Numbered from the stretch's first letter, positions 44,944 through 58,265 are shown. The stretch: 64,000 nt of DNA from Planktothrix sp. GU0601_MAG3 (GCA_035193785.1 CP136572.1:3636578-3700577), one strand, 5' to 3'. Notes: generated from the letters alone by a model not told the origin. A program made the numbers and translations.

Positions 44944-45544
44944 ATGTCTGGTTTGCGAGTTGGTGTTGCTGGGCCAGTGGGTTCGGGAAAAACCGCCTTG
45001 GTTGATGTTTTGTGTAAGCAAATGCGAACATCCTATCAATTAGCGGTGGTTACGAACGATATTTATACTCAAGAAGATGCTCAATTTTTGGTTAATTCCC
45101 AAGCCTTAGAAAGCGATCGCATTTTAGGGGTAGAAACCGGGGGCTGTCCCCATACAGCTATTCGGGAAGATGCTTCATTAAATTTAGCCGCCATAGAAAC
45201 AATTAGAAACCAAATTCAATAATTTAGATCTATTATTTGTAGAAAGTGGTGGGGATAATTTAGCTGCTACCTTTAGCCCGGAATTAGTAGATATTACCAT
45301 TTACGTTATTGATGTAGCCGCCGGAGATAAAATTCCCCGTAAAGGCGGGCCAGGAATTACTAAATCCGATTTATTAGTAATTAATAAAATTGATCTTGCT
45401 CCCTTAGTGGGTGCAGATTTAGGCATCATGGAAAGAGATGCTAAAAAAATGCGTGGTAATAAACCTTTTGTCTTTACAAATTTAAAAACCCAACAAGGAT
45501 TAGATGCTATCATTAAATTTATTAAATCCCACTTAATCCCGTAG
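44944..45544 (+). CDS. ureG: Urease accessory GTPase UreG; +1 insertion at 45196-45200
   Basis: [14 protein letters not shown]; second frame gives [14 protein letters not shown]. Confidence 0.93.
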
Positions 45545-45983
45545 TAAGCCCTTCAGGGCTTTCTTAATTCCCCAGAGTTAATAGTAAAAATTAGTAGTAA
45601 GCCCTTCAGGGCTTTCTTTATTCCTTAGATTTAATGGTAAAAATTAGTAGTAAGCCCTTCAGGGCTTTCTTTATTCCTTAGATTTAATGGTAAAGCCAAC
45701 ATTAACAACGATGTATGATTATTAGTTTAGCAATGATAAAAACCTGAGTCAGCCCTGAAGGGCTTACTACTTTTAATAACGATGTATGATTATTAGTTTA
45801 GCAATGATAAAAACCTGAGTCAGCCCTGAAGGGCTTACTACTTTTAATAACGATGTATGATTATTAGTTTAGCAATGATAAAAACCTGAGTCAGCCCTGA
45901 AGGGCTTACTACTTTTAATAACGATGTATGATTATTGGTTTGGCAATGATAAAAACTTAAATCAGCCCTGAAGGGCTTACTAC
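45541..45983. repeat. Bipolar REP array: 3 forward (53-bp period) and 4 inverted (71-bp period) copies of GTAGTAAGCCCTTCAGGGCT
   Basis: Forward at 45541, 45594, 45647; reverse at 45751, 45822, 45893, 45964. Confidence 0.92.
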
Positions 45984-45987
45984 TTTT

Positions 45988-46836
45988 ATGCAATATTTAG
46001 AACAAACTCCCTCACAATGGCAAGGAATATTAGACCTAGACTATCAAAAAATCAACAATTCCACTCAATTAGTCAAAGCCTATAGTCAAGCTCCGTTAAA
46101 AATTCAGCGATCCTTTTATCCTGAAGGTAAGGATATCTGCCATAATATTATATTACATACCGCCGGAGGAATGGTAGGGGGCGATCGCCTATCTCAAACC
46201 ATTAATTTACAGCCGGAAACCCAGGTTTTATTAACTACTCCCGCAGCTAGTAAAATTTATCGAAGTTCTGGAGAAACTGCCCAAAATAATATTAAGATTG
46301 AAGTACAAGAACAATCCTATTTAGAATTTGTTCCTCGGGAAATGATTATCTTTAATGGAGCTATTTTTAGTCAAAATCTCAGAATTAATTTAGCTGAATC
46401 GGCTTGTTATTTAGGATGGGAAATTACCCGATTTGGACGCACAGCTAGGGGAGAAATATTTAACCAAGGACAGTGGAAATCCTGTACAGAAATTTGGCAA
46501 AATGGCTGTCCGGTTTGGATTGATAGACAGGGGTTTATCGCCAATGAAGAAATATTGAATAGTCCCCATGGTTTGGCAGGAAAACCTGTAATTGCCAGCT
46601 TAATTTGGGTGGGACAACCCGTTTCTGAGGATATGATTAAAAGTATCAGACAATTGTGGTTACAGCGAGAAACATCTAGTCAAGCTGGAGTTACCAAATT
46701 AATATCGGGATTACTCTGTCGCTATCGAGGAAATTCGACCCAAGAGGTGATAGAATGGTTTACGGATGTTTGGCAGTTGCTCCGTCATAATTATACGGGA
46801 AAATCAATTGTTAAACCTCGCGTCTGGCAACTTTAA
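45988..46836 (+). CDS. ureD: Urease accessory protein UreD
   Basis: APLKIQRSFYPEG, HTAGGMVGGD, TTPAASKIY. Confidence 0.92.
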   Translation: MQYLEQTPSQWQGILDLDYQKINNSTQLVKAYSQAPLKIQRSFYPEGKDICHNIILHTAGGMVGGDRLSQTINLQPETQVLLTTPAASKIYRSSGETAQNNIKIEVQEQSYLEFVPREMIIFNGAIFSQNLRINLAESACYLGWEITRFGRTARGEIFNQGQWKSCTEIWQNGCPVWIDRQGFIANEEILNSPHGLAGKPVIASLIWVGQPVSEDMIKSIRQLWLQRETSSQAGVTKLISGLLCRYRGNSTQEVIEWFTDVWQLLRHNYTGKSIVKPRVWQL

Positions 46837-46863
46837 TCACTTAAAATTTATTCAGATAAATCT

Positions 46864-47169
46864 ATGCAGTTATCCCCGCAAGAAAAAGATAAGTTATTAA
46901 TTTTTACGGCTGCTTTATTAGCAGAAAGAAGAAAAGCAAAAGGACTGAAATTAAATTATCCTGAAGCTGTTGCTTATATTACGGCTGCTATTTTGGAAGG
47001 AGCAAGGGAAGGACAAACGGTATCGGAATTAATGAGTTATGGAAAAACAATTTTAAAGCGGGAAGATGTTATGGAGGGGATTCCTGAAATGATTAATGAC
47101 GTACAGGTAGAAGCTACCTTTCCCGACGGAACAAAATTAGTTACCGTTCATGATCCTATCAGCAATTAG
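46864..47169 (+). CDS. ureA: Urease gamma subunit
   Basis: [11 protein letters not shown]...[17 protein letters not shown]. Confidence 0.96.
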   Translation: MQLSPQEKDKLLIFTAALLAERRKAKGLKLNYPEAVAYITAAILEGAREGQTVSELMSYGKTILKREDVMEGIPEMINDVQVEATFPDGTKLVTVHDPISN

Positions 47170-47272
47170 TCATCAGTCATCAGTCATCAGTTAACAGTCA
47201 TCAGTTAACAGTTAACAGTCATCAGTTAACAGTTATAAGTTAACAGTTATAAGTCATCAGTTATAAGTCATC
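47166..47272 (+). repeat. STRR heptamers (AGTCATC/AGTTAAC/AGTTATA); complementary units at 47370-47426
   Basis: Tandem 7-mers between convergent ureA and htrA. Confidence 0.8.
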
Positions 47273-47416
47273 TCCAAAAATATCTATATTCTCCTGTGGG
47301 GGGAAGGAGTGCCCATTGGTGTAAACTTAATTTCCTCGCCCCTACGACAAATGGGATATCAAACTAAAAACTGATAACTGATGACTAAAAACAGATAACT
47401 GATTACTGATTACTGA

Positions 47417-48721
47417 TTACTGATTAACCGGGATAGCTCCGGTTTTTACGTCTAAATTTAGGGGTTGACCTTGACGTTTAATTTGCATTTTTAACTGACT
47501 TCCTACCGTTATATTCTCAACAATTTGTTGGATTTCATCGGCTTTAGTGACGGTGATATTATCCACTTGAATAATCACATCTCCAGCGCGTAATCCTGAT
47601 TGATGGGCGGGAGAATTTGGCATAACTCTGGCAATCAAAACCCCTTGATCTTCATTCACACTAATCGGACTATTGGGATCTTGATTTAAACTTTCTTTAA
47701 CTTCAGGAGAAAGCGTGACCATTTGAATTCCTAAATAGGGATGTTCGACTTTTCCTGTGGTGGAAATTTGATCCGCAATGCGTTGAACTTGATTAATCGG
47801 AATCGCAAATCCTAAGCCCTGGGCGCCTTGAATAATCGCGGTATTCATCCCAATTACTTCACCCTTTTGATTCAGTAACGGCCCACCAGAATTACCCGGA
47901 TTAATAGCAGCATCGGTTTGAATAAAACTGACTCGTTTATCGGGAATACCAACTTCACTTCCCGAACGACCAGTGGCACTAATAATACCCACAGTTACGG
48001 TATTATCTAATCCTAACGGGTTGCCAATGGCGATCGCTAATTCCCCGGGTTGTAATCCCTCAGAATTACCCATGGTCAAAGTCGGTAAATTATTAGCTTC
48101 AATTTGAATAACTGCCACATCTGTTACTGGGTCAGTTCCAACTACTTTTCCTTCAAATTGACGACCATCTTTTAAAACAACTGATACTTTTGTTGCCCCA
48201 TCAACAACGTGAGCATTGGTAATAATTCGACCATTAGAATTAACAATAAATCCCGACCCGGAGCCCCGAACAATTTCCTGTTTAGGCGCACTGGGCATTT
48301 GGGAACCAAAGAAACGTTCAAAAAAGGGATCATTAAACTGTTCTGGGTTCTGATTTTCAACGGTTTTAGTGGCATTAATTCGGACAACGGCTGGCCCAAA
48401 ACGCTGTACCACGTTCGCTACCAGGTCGGGAGTGGCAATTGTCCCCGGGTTGGCACTGACGGGGGCGGGGAGGGCGGTCGGGGGTACGGGGGATATCGCC
48501 GTCGCCGGGGTGGGTTGAGGGCCTTGGAGTTGAGGCAGAATAGACATCCCAGCGATTCCTGCCCCCACCCCTAATAAAACTAAAGATAAAGATGTTAAAG
48601 ATTGAGTTCTCGGACGTTGAGTTGGACGGGGTGTTTCCGTCCATTCCAAGCGAGAGGACTCTAGGGGAGAATTTAAAGCATCAAAATCAGATTTCATTGT
48701 AATACCTCTATCTATAAGCAT
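47417..48721 (-). CDS. HtrA/HhoA/HhoB-family serine protease with PDZ domain
   Basis: ITNAHVV, TDAAINPGNSGGPL, C-terminal PDZ. Confidence 0.93.
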   Translation of the reverse strand: MLIDRGITMKSDFDALNSPLESSRLEWTETPRPTQRPRTQSLTSLSLVLLGVGAGIAGMSILPQLQGPQPTPATAISPVPPTALPAPVSANPGTIATPDLVANVVQRFGPAVVRINATKTVENQNPEQFNDPFFERFFGSQMPSAPKQEIVRGSGSGFIVNSNGRIITNAHVVDGATKVSVVLKDGRQFEGKVVGTDPVTDVAVIQIEANNLPTLTMGNSEGLQPGELAIAIGNPLGLDNTVTVGIISATGRSGSEVGIPDKRVSFIQTDAAINPGNSGGPLLNQKGEVIGMNTAIIQGAQGLGFAIPINQVQRIADQISTTGKVEHPYLGIQMVTLSPEVKESLNQDPNSPISVNEDQGVLIARVMPNSPAHQSGLRAGDVIIQVDNITVTKADEIQQIVENITVGSQLKMQIKRQGQPLNLDVKTGAIPVNQ

Positions 48722-48781
48722 TTAAGGGAGTAGAACGGTTGAGTGCTTTACCCCCGATGTTCTTTAAGTTAGAGGTTGAAT

Positions 48782-48820
48782 ATGACGTTGCTGTGGCAAA
48801 GATATGACAAGGAGATGAAG
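48782..48820 (-). promoter_or_regulatory. Four direct repeats with 11-bp period upstream of the HtrA gene (OmpR-family type site)
   Basis: Minus strand CTTCAT-N5-TGTCAT-N5-TGCCAC-N5-CGTCAT. Confidence 0.55.
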
Positions 48821-48879
48821 ATTTTATTCGGGGACAGAATTAAGTAATTTTACTGATTGTCAGTGTTAATCTAACCCCC

Positions 48880-48965
48880 GTAGTAAGCCCTTCAGGGCTT
48901 CTTTTCTTCCCCCTCCTTAAAGATAATCAGAGAGTCCTAAAGGACTCACTACGAGGACTCACTAC
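48880..48965. repeat. Solitary REP doublet of the ure-array family
   Basis: GTAGTAAGCCCTTCAGGGCT ... AGTCCTAAAGGACTCACTAC. Confidence 0.75.
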
Positions 48966-48967
48966 GG

Positions 48968-50141
48968 TTAGCGAACATCGATTTTTGCTAAGGTCGTATT
49001 GCGGTAATAGTGGGCGAGAATTTGTTGATAACCGTATCCACCCCGAGCTAAGTTATAGGCGCCCCATTGACTCAAACCCACCCCATGACCAAAGCCGCGA
49101 CCCGTGACTTGAAAACTGGTTGTCCCACTTTTGCGATTCACTTGAAACCGGGTGCTGCGCAGTCCCAGGGCGGAGGCGATATCATCCCCACTTATAACTC
49201 GCGTCCCTTTGTCTCCGACCACTTTCATCGCCAGAATACTACCATAGGCCGAAGTCCGTTGCGGAGTCATCGTCGTAATATTCCCGACACCAGAAATCCG
49301 TTTACTTAAATCCGCTTGAGAAAAGGTTTTTGTCCATTCAAACACCGGAGTTCCCTGGTCAAAATCTGGGACTCCCCGTAAATAGGGTAAGGGTTTCATT
49401 CCACACATCCTCAACGTTCTCGGTATGTCCCCCAGAAGCCGAATGAAAGGCCGCTAAAATAGCTTGGCCGTTATAGGTCAAAACCTGTCCCCGGGTGGCA
49501 TTCACCGCCGCCAGGGTTCCCGTAGATTCCGTAATTAAACCTTTATAGACCTGCCAATTTTGATCATCTCCGACATCAAAAACCCCATTGCTGCGCTGAC
49601 GTTTGTAGAGGGCGTAGGTTCGCGCTGCAACAGCTTGAGCTTTCAGGGCTTCCTGGGGCCATCCGCCATCCATTTCCGCCCCCAGAACACTATAGAGATA
49701 TTCCTCTAAATCAACATAATTAATCGCCGTTAAACCGCCATTCCGAGGCACTAATAATACCCGTCCTCGATACCAACCATTACCTATCCAAACATTACCC
49801 CCATTGCTGGGGTCAATCCAGAGTTGGGAGCCTTGCCATTTGCCCAGGGCTACATTTCCCGATTGGGCCTGAGCAATACCGCCCCCCATCGCTGCCAACT
49901 CCCCTAACACTTTACCATTGCCATCTCGGACAACAGCCTGGGTGGTGCTACCGACTTTAAGCTGATTCGCACCGTCTTCAATGGCGACCCTTAATAATAG
50001 TTGGGCTTGGGCTGGGGCGACCAGACAAAACCAAATCAGTAACGTCTTCCACCCATAGCGTTGAAAACGTTGTACAGAGTTAGTAAAAATATTTTGGGGT
50101 TGGGTAAAGGAACAAACCATAATTTTGATCAGATCCAGCAC
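48968..50141 (-). CDS. SpoIID/LytB-domain protein; +1 insertion at 49393-49397
   Basis: EALKAQAVAARTYA, GFGHGVGLSQWGA; joins as ...VWNEPLPYL... Confidence 0.9.
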
Positions 50142-50199
50142 CGATTAGTCTATCACATCTTATTGACACTCCCCCGTCAAACTTACGTTATTTACATGA

Positions 50200-51663
50200 T
50201 TATTTTCCCAGAGCCATTTCATAAATCGATTGATTCACTTTAACAGATTTTTCTAAATCAACCATGGGTTGAGGATAGTCAACGCCTAAAATTACCCCAA
50301 AACGTTTTTGTTCAACCGCCAATAATTTCCAAGGTTGATGAACTTTTGATGGGGGTAAATCCTTTAATTCCGGCAGCCAATGTTTAACATAATCCCCATT
50401 AAGATCATAATCTTGGGATTGTTTTAGAATATTAAAATAGCGAAATCCTCGGGCATCATTGCCGACTCCGGCGGTATAATTCCAGTTGCCCCAATTGCTA
50501 CACACATCATAATCAATTAACAAAGATTCAAACCATTCTGCTCCCCTTTGCCAATTAATTCCTAGATTTTTAGTCAGGAAACTGGCTACATTTTGCCTCC
50601 CTCGGTTTGACATAAATCCTGTGGTTAATAATTCTCGCATATTCGCATCAATTAAGGGAAAACCTGTGATTCCCCGTTGCCATTGTTCAAACTGTTTGGA
50701 ATTTTCTTTCCAAGGAATATAAATTCCTTGTAGCCCTTGAGGATAAAATATTTTGTTTCCATGTTTTAAAGCAATAAATTTAAAATAATCTCGCCATAAT
50801 AATTCAAAAATCAACCAGTAAGTTGAATCATTTTTGACCCGTTCTTTTTCATAAATTTGAACTGTATTATAAATTAGTCGGGGAGATAAACAGCCTAATG
50901 CTAACCAAGGAGAGAACTTAGAGGAATAATTTGCCCCTAACATTCCATTGCGAGTTTCTTTATAGGTTTTGAGACAATCCTGTTCCCAAATATAGTTTTT
51001 CAAACGGTCTAATCCTGCGGTTTCTCCGCCTTTAAATTCTATAACTGCCCGGGCATCAAAACTAGGTGTTTCTAAACCCAAATCTTGAATAACGGGTAGG
51101 TTTCCTGTTTCTATTTCAGGTAAATGGGGGAGGTGTTCAGGAGAGGGAAAAGGACTATTAATAATTGATTTAGATTCAACTTGCTTTCTAAATTGGGTAA
51201 ATATTTCTGGAAGTTGGGCAATAGAAAAGGGTAAATCTGTGATAGAATAAAGAGTTGCGCCCCAAGAAGATTTGACAATAACGCCGAGAGCCGCTAAGGC
51301 AGTTTTTAAATTTTGTTCTACGGTTAATTCCTCGGATGTAGCTTCTTGATAATAATAGACTGCATCAATATTTAGGATTTTAACTAATTCAGGAATAATG
51401 ATTTCTGGCTTCCCTTGACGGATGATTAAATCACTTCCTAATTTTCTGAAAGATTGACGTAAATCTGCAACGCTTTCTAATAAAAATTGAGTGCGAAATG
51501 CTCCGGTTTTCGGGAATCCGTAGGAGGTTTTTTTAAACTGTCTAGGGTCAAAGCAATACACAGGAATAATCTGTGCTTGAGTGTTTAATGCTGAGGATAA
51601 CGGTTGATGGTCATGAAGCCGCAAATCGTTTCGATACCAGATTAAAATTCGTTTTGGGGTCAC
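50200..51663 (-). CDS. Cryptochrome DASH
   Basis: WYRNDLRLHD, YKETRNGM, FELLWRDYF, GFMSNRGRQNVASFL. Confidence 0.92.
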   Translation of the reverse strand: MTPKRILIWYRNDLRLHDHQPLSSALNTQAQIIPVYCFDPRQFKKTSYGFPKTGAFRTQFLLESVADLRQSFRKLGSDLIIRQGKPEIIIPELVKILNIDAVYYYQEATSEELTVEQNLKTALAALGVIVKSSWGATLYSITDLPFSIAQLPEIFTQFRKQVESKSIINSPFPSPEHLPHLPEIETGNLPVIQDLGLETPSFDARAVIEFKGGETAGLDRLKNYIWEQDCLKTYKETRNGMLGANYSSKFSPWLALGCLSPRLIYNTVQIYEKERVKNDSTYWLIFELLWRDYFKFIALKHGNKIFYPQGLQGIYIPWKENSKQFEQWQRGITGFPLIDANMRELLTTGFMSNRGRQNVASFLTKNLGINWQRGAEWFESLLIDYDVCSNWGNWNYTAGVGNDARGFRYFNILKQSQDYDLNGDYVKHWLPELKDLPPSKVHQPWKLLAVEQKRFGVILGVDYPQPMVDLEKSVKVNQSIYEMALGK

Positions 51664-51727
51664 AATGATTGGCCATCTAAAGGGTTAAGTTCGTTTCAGT
51701 AGTCCGTCTGTTTCTATAACTCACGGA

Positions 51728-51745
51728 TTTACAAAACGTTACACT
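51728..51745 (+). promoter_or_regulatory. Candidate HLR1 (RpaB) site upstream of cry-DASH
   Basis: TTTACAAA-AC-GTTACACT vs consensus (G/T)TTACA(T/A)(T/A)-N2 direct repeat. Confidence 0.6.
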
Positions 51746-52071
51746 TAACCCATTCTAACTGAACTTTCCAGGGGTTTGACAATTAACCATCGTCCCGTTT
51801 TCGGGTCGCGGTAACTATTGTAGGGGTTAGAGCGCAGAGGTTTGGGATAAATTTTCATAATCACCGTCCAAATCCTTAACGGTTGAAAGAATATAGGTCA
51901 ACTCAATAATTTAATTATTCCGTATTTTCCCAGTTAAATCAGGAACGCTCGTCTCTAAAATTATGTGATAGTAACGTTCAATTTGAGTGACAATGAACAT
52001 GGGAGCAAGTGAGGGAAGTCCAGGGAAGTTTGTGATCTCAATCATTTAATTCTACGTTTACGGATTATTTA

Positions 52072-54522
52072 TTGTCATTAATTGTTATGAAAACCGCAAA
52101 AAACTTTATTGTTATTGATACGGAAGGACAACCGATTTTAAGAGAATTAGCGATTGTCAATGATCAGGGAGAATTAATTTATGAAGCCTTTGTGGAAAAT
52201 CATCCCCAAAGTCCTAAAATTGCCCATCTGACTAGACCGTTAAAAGTAATTTTAAAGGAATTTCTGGAAATTTCTCAATCTCAAATCATTATTTGTCATT
52301 ATGCTCAACATGATGTTGAAGTATTAAGAAATTCGTTTAAAGCGGTGGGAATTTCTGCCCCTCAATTGGATTTTCAGTGTAGTTTTGAACTAGCTCAACG
52401 CTATTTACCACAGTTAAATAGTCATTCTTTAGAAGCTTTAAGTAAACATCTAAGACTTAAATTCGAGGGTCAATTTTTCATTAAAGATTCTGCCCATAGA
52501 GCCAAATATGATGCGTCATTTACCTATCAACTTTATAAACATATTGTCAATGAATTTATCAAAAAGGAATTAAAAGCCCAACCTAACCCCTTTGGAACCA
52601 GTCGCGTCGATACTCCCTTTCAGGATCACCCGGATTTTCGAGGGATTTTTGCCGAGGAATGCGATCGCTTAAAAGCTATTTTAGGGGATATTAAATTAGA
52701 CCTCAATCATCAAACAAAAGGGGCAATTGTAATTGGGGAACCCGGGTCAGGAAAAACCCATTTGATGATGCGATTAGCCAAGGATTTATTACTTAAAAAC
52801 AGATTATTATTTATCCGTCAACCAAATAATCCTGACACGGTTTTATTCCATACCTATAGTCGAATTTTAGAATCCTTAATCCAAATTGTTCCGAATAGTA
52901 TTCACACTCAGCTTGAGTATTTATTGGCTAATAGTTTTGCGGAAATTATTAAATCTACCGATAACTATTTTACTTCAAAAACCCAAAAAGACGAGAAGAT
53001 ATTACAACTAATTCAAGGGGGGAATTTAAAACTATTTACCGACTTATCCCAAGCAGAAACAAAAACAAAACGGGAGTTTTGGCAACATATTGAAAAACGG
53101 GCTTTGGAATGGTGGAATAATAACTTTTCCGCCGCCGGTTACGCCCCTAAGTTTTTACAGGGAATTGTGAAGTTTTGTGGCTATACGGACTTTAACCGTC
53201 GTCAAATTATTACCCAATGGTTAGCAATGAATAATCTCCCCCAAGAAGAATTAGACCGGGTGGGTTTACCCTCCTGGGAAGATGAATTGAGTCGGGAAGA
53301 AGCCTCCTTAGAAGCGTTGAAGGTGTTGGGATGTTTATCCCTATTAGATGAACCTTTAATCATTGTTTTTGACCAGTTAGAAGGATTAGGATTAAAGCAC
53401 AATGAACGCTTGTTACAATGTTTTGGAACCGCGATTAAAGAGATTTTTACCCATGTTCCCAATAGTTTAATTATTTTAAACCTATTTCCCGATCGCTGGC
53501 AACAATTTAAACAGGTTTTTGATGGGTCAATTATTGATCGGGTATCCCAGTCCCAAGTGTTTCTTAACCGTCCCTCTAATCAAGAGTTAAAACAGTTATT
53601 GAATTTAAAATTACAAGGGTTAGATGTCACCCTGGATGATTTATTTGAAGTGGATGAAATTACTGCAATTTTAAATCATATTTCTATTCGGACTGTCTTA
53701 AATGTGGCGGCGGATTATTACCGCTATAAAGTCGATGGAATTCCTCTCCCGAAACATCAACTGATTCCCGTATTACAAACCGATGAAAGTGATGTGGAAA
53801 GACGGTTACAACAGTTGGAAATTGAACTGGAACAAATAAAACAGGGGATAACTCAAATTGCGAAAATTTTTGGCGAGAAAAATCAGCAGAATTTAGAAAT
53901 ATTTAATGAGGAATTATTTGGATTTGTCCCCGCCTTTGATTCTGCTGCTAAACGTCAACTTAAAAGTTATTTAAAGGCGCAACGAATTTGTTTAGAAGCG
54001 AATTTATCCAAACCTAAAATCCTGACCGATAGTGACGATTTAGGGAAATTAACAACGATTTTAGAAGCCTTAATGTTAGTGATTTCTCCCTTGAGTTTTG
54101 ATATTTTACGCTTAGGAAAACGAGTGATTCCTGAACATTTAATTATTCAAACTCAAACCCATAGTTTTGTGGTGGGATTTTTACATTTAGGTGGAGCACC
54201 CTTTTTTCATCGGATGAAAAATTGGAATGAATTATTGCTTTTGAAACCTAATTTTAAATTTATTTTATGTCGAGACCAAAGCGATTATCCGATTACTGGT
54301 GAGAAAAGTCTATTTGAGCTAGAAAAACTTCAACATTCTAAAAATGGAAAACTAATGATTTGGAATCCAGACCATAGGGTTTTATTTGAGTTGTTCTATC
54401 AAATGATCCTAGACATTCAAAATTATGATTTAGAGATCAAGTTTGAGGAAGCTATGGAGTTTATTTTATCAGAATATCAGGATTATTGGCTATTTCAAAA
54501 TATTACTAGGGATTTGAGTTAA
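52072..54522 (+). CDS. DEDDh 3'-5' exonuclease fused to a P-loop ATPase
   Basis: VIDTEG, HYAQHD, HRAKYD; GEPGSGKT and IIVFDQLE; coiled coil. Confidence 0.8.
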   Translation: MSLIVMKTAKNFIVIDTEGQPILRELAIVNDQGELIYEAFVENHPQSPKIAHLTRPLKVILKEFLEISQSQIIICHYAQHDVEVLRNSFKAVGISAPQLDFQCSFELAQRYLPQLNSHSLEALSKHLRLKFEGQFFIKDSAHRAKYDASFTYQLYKHIVNEFIKKELKAQPNPFGTSRVDTPFQDHPDFRGIFAEECDRLKAILGDIKLDLNHQTKGAIVIGEPGSGKTHLMMRLAKDLLLKNRLLFIRQPNNPDTVLFHTYSRILESLIQIVPNSIHTQLEYLLANSFAEIIKSTDNYFTSKTQKDEKILQLIQGGNLKLFTDLSQAETKTKREFWQHIEKRALEWWNNNFSAAGYAPKFLQGIVKFCGYTDFNRRQIITQWLAMNNLPQEELDRVGLPSWEDELSREEASLEALKVLGCLSLLDEPLIIVFDQLEGLGLKHNERLLQCFGTAIKEIFTHVPNSLIILNLFPDRWQQFKQVFDGSIIDRVSQSQVFLNRPSNQELKQLLNLKLQGLDVTLDDLFEVDEITAILNHISIRTVLNVAADYYRYKVDGIPLPKHQLIPVLQTDESDVERRLQQLEIELEQIKQGITQIAKIFGEKNQQNLEIFNEELFGFVPAFDSAAKRQLKSYLKAQRICLEANLSKPKILTDSDDLGKLTTILEALMLVISPLSFDILRLGKRVIPEHLIIQTQTHSFVVGFLHLGGAPFFHRMKNWNELLLLKPNFKFILCRDQSDYPITGEKSLFELEKLQHSKNGKLMIWNPDHRVLFELFYQMILDIQNYDLEIKFEEAMEFILSEYQDYWLFQNITRDLS

Positions 54523-54742
54523 AAACTATATATAGCAAGAGGCAATAGGGAATAGGCAATGGGCAATAGGTAAATACTTACTGTGAGCAGCTTTTAGCTT
54601 TCAAGAATGTCCTAATAGATGCGGCAACTTCTATAAAAGCCCTATACCAGAAATATACGATGTTATTTTCTGGTATAGAACTTTATTTCTCCGTCAATCC
54701 GTTGATTTCGTTTTTATATGAAATCCGTAAACATTCTCCCTG

Positions 54743-54772
54743 TGTAGAGACGTTGCATGCAACGTCTCTACA
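54743..54772. repeat. Perfect 30-bp REP palindrome after glmS
   Basis: TGTAGAGACGTTGCATGCAACGTCTCTACA. Confidence 0.88.
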
Positions 54773-54775
54773 CCG

Positions 54776-56694
<1,919 letters not shown>

Positions 56695-56930
56695 TAATTT
56701 ATAACTCCTGTTTTAATAGTCTTTATCCCGAATATTAATTCGAGTTCATTCCCCCCATCTTAATTGAAGTGGAGAAAACCTATTTCTAGCTTAATTGGCA
56801 GGGATCTGACAACATTCCAACAAAAAAGAGGGTGGAATTTCCCCCCTCTGTGAAGATTTAACCCACTGTATCCTTTCCGGTGAAAGCAATACATGATGGA
56901 TTGAGATAAAAACCCGCTTTGGGGCGGAGT

Positions 56931-57206
<276 letters not shown>

Positions 57207-57364
57207 TTACAAGTTCTGCCCTAAATATAGGTTAGAAGTCCAGCTTAATAGGAGCGGGATCATCCCATATATTGCATCACAATACTCCAGTGTTTCACTT
57301 CCAATACACATAAGGCGATAAAACTTTAAACAATGTAATATTTCCCGCCCTAACGATTAACAGT

Positions 57365-58265
57365 TCACGCTCTAATTTTGTCCAACACAGACTTTGTGGA
57401 AACAACGTGGCGGTCTAAACCCAGTTGTTGGGGGTCAATACCCAGGGCGAGGGCCACCAATTGGGGAAGATGGAGCACAGGTAAACCCAGGGGGCGACCA
57501 ATTACTTTTTCGACTTCCGGTTGACGAGAATCTAAATTCAGATGACACAGGGGACAGGGCGTTACCAGACAGTCGGCACCGTTATCAATAGCTTCTTGAA
57601 TATGGTTTCCAGCCATTTGAAAGGCGGATTCCGTCGCGTAACTCGATAGCGGCCAACCGCAACATTGGGTTCTCCCCCGATAATATACCGGAGTTGCCCC
57701 CACAGCCCGAAATAGGTTTTCCATGGATTCCGGCTGATGGGGGTCGTCATAGGGGAGATGGGTTTGGGCACGGAGGAGATAACAGCCATAAAAAGCCGCA
57801 CACTTCAAACCCGATAGTTGGCGACTAACTCGGCGTTCAATTTCGGCTAAACCATAATCGGCGACTAAGGCCCAGAGCAGATGTTTAACTTCCGTTGTCC
57901 CTTGATAGGGTGAACAGCCTTCTTTGCTGAGTAGCCCATTCACTTTTTCAATATAAGCCGGATCATTTTCCTGAAATTCTTTTAACCGTTCATCAACGTG
58001 ACCAATCACCCCCTGACAGGTGCTGCAATGGGTCAGTAGGGGTAAATTTAATTCTTCTGCTAAAGCAATATTACGCGCATTGACCGTATCTTCCAACAGT
58101 CGGGAATCTTCTTTGAAGGTGCCTGAAACCGCAGCAAGATGCCTTTTTTAGTTCAATTAGTTCAATACCTAAAGTTTCTGTGAGAACTTGCGTAGACTGA
58201 TACAGTTCCCGGCAAGCACCCTGGGCAACACAGCCCGGAAAATAGGCATATCTCAAGGAGGGCAT
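57365..58265 (-). CDS. Heterodisulfide reductase B-like (CCG domain) protein; +1 insertion at 58125-58129
   Basis: YFPGC, SCCGSG (repaired), FYGC, QCCG, TPCPLC. Confidence 0.85.

Noticed and set aside
45541..45983. CRISPR array
   Set aside because: Linkers are repeated and the repeats switch orientation midway
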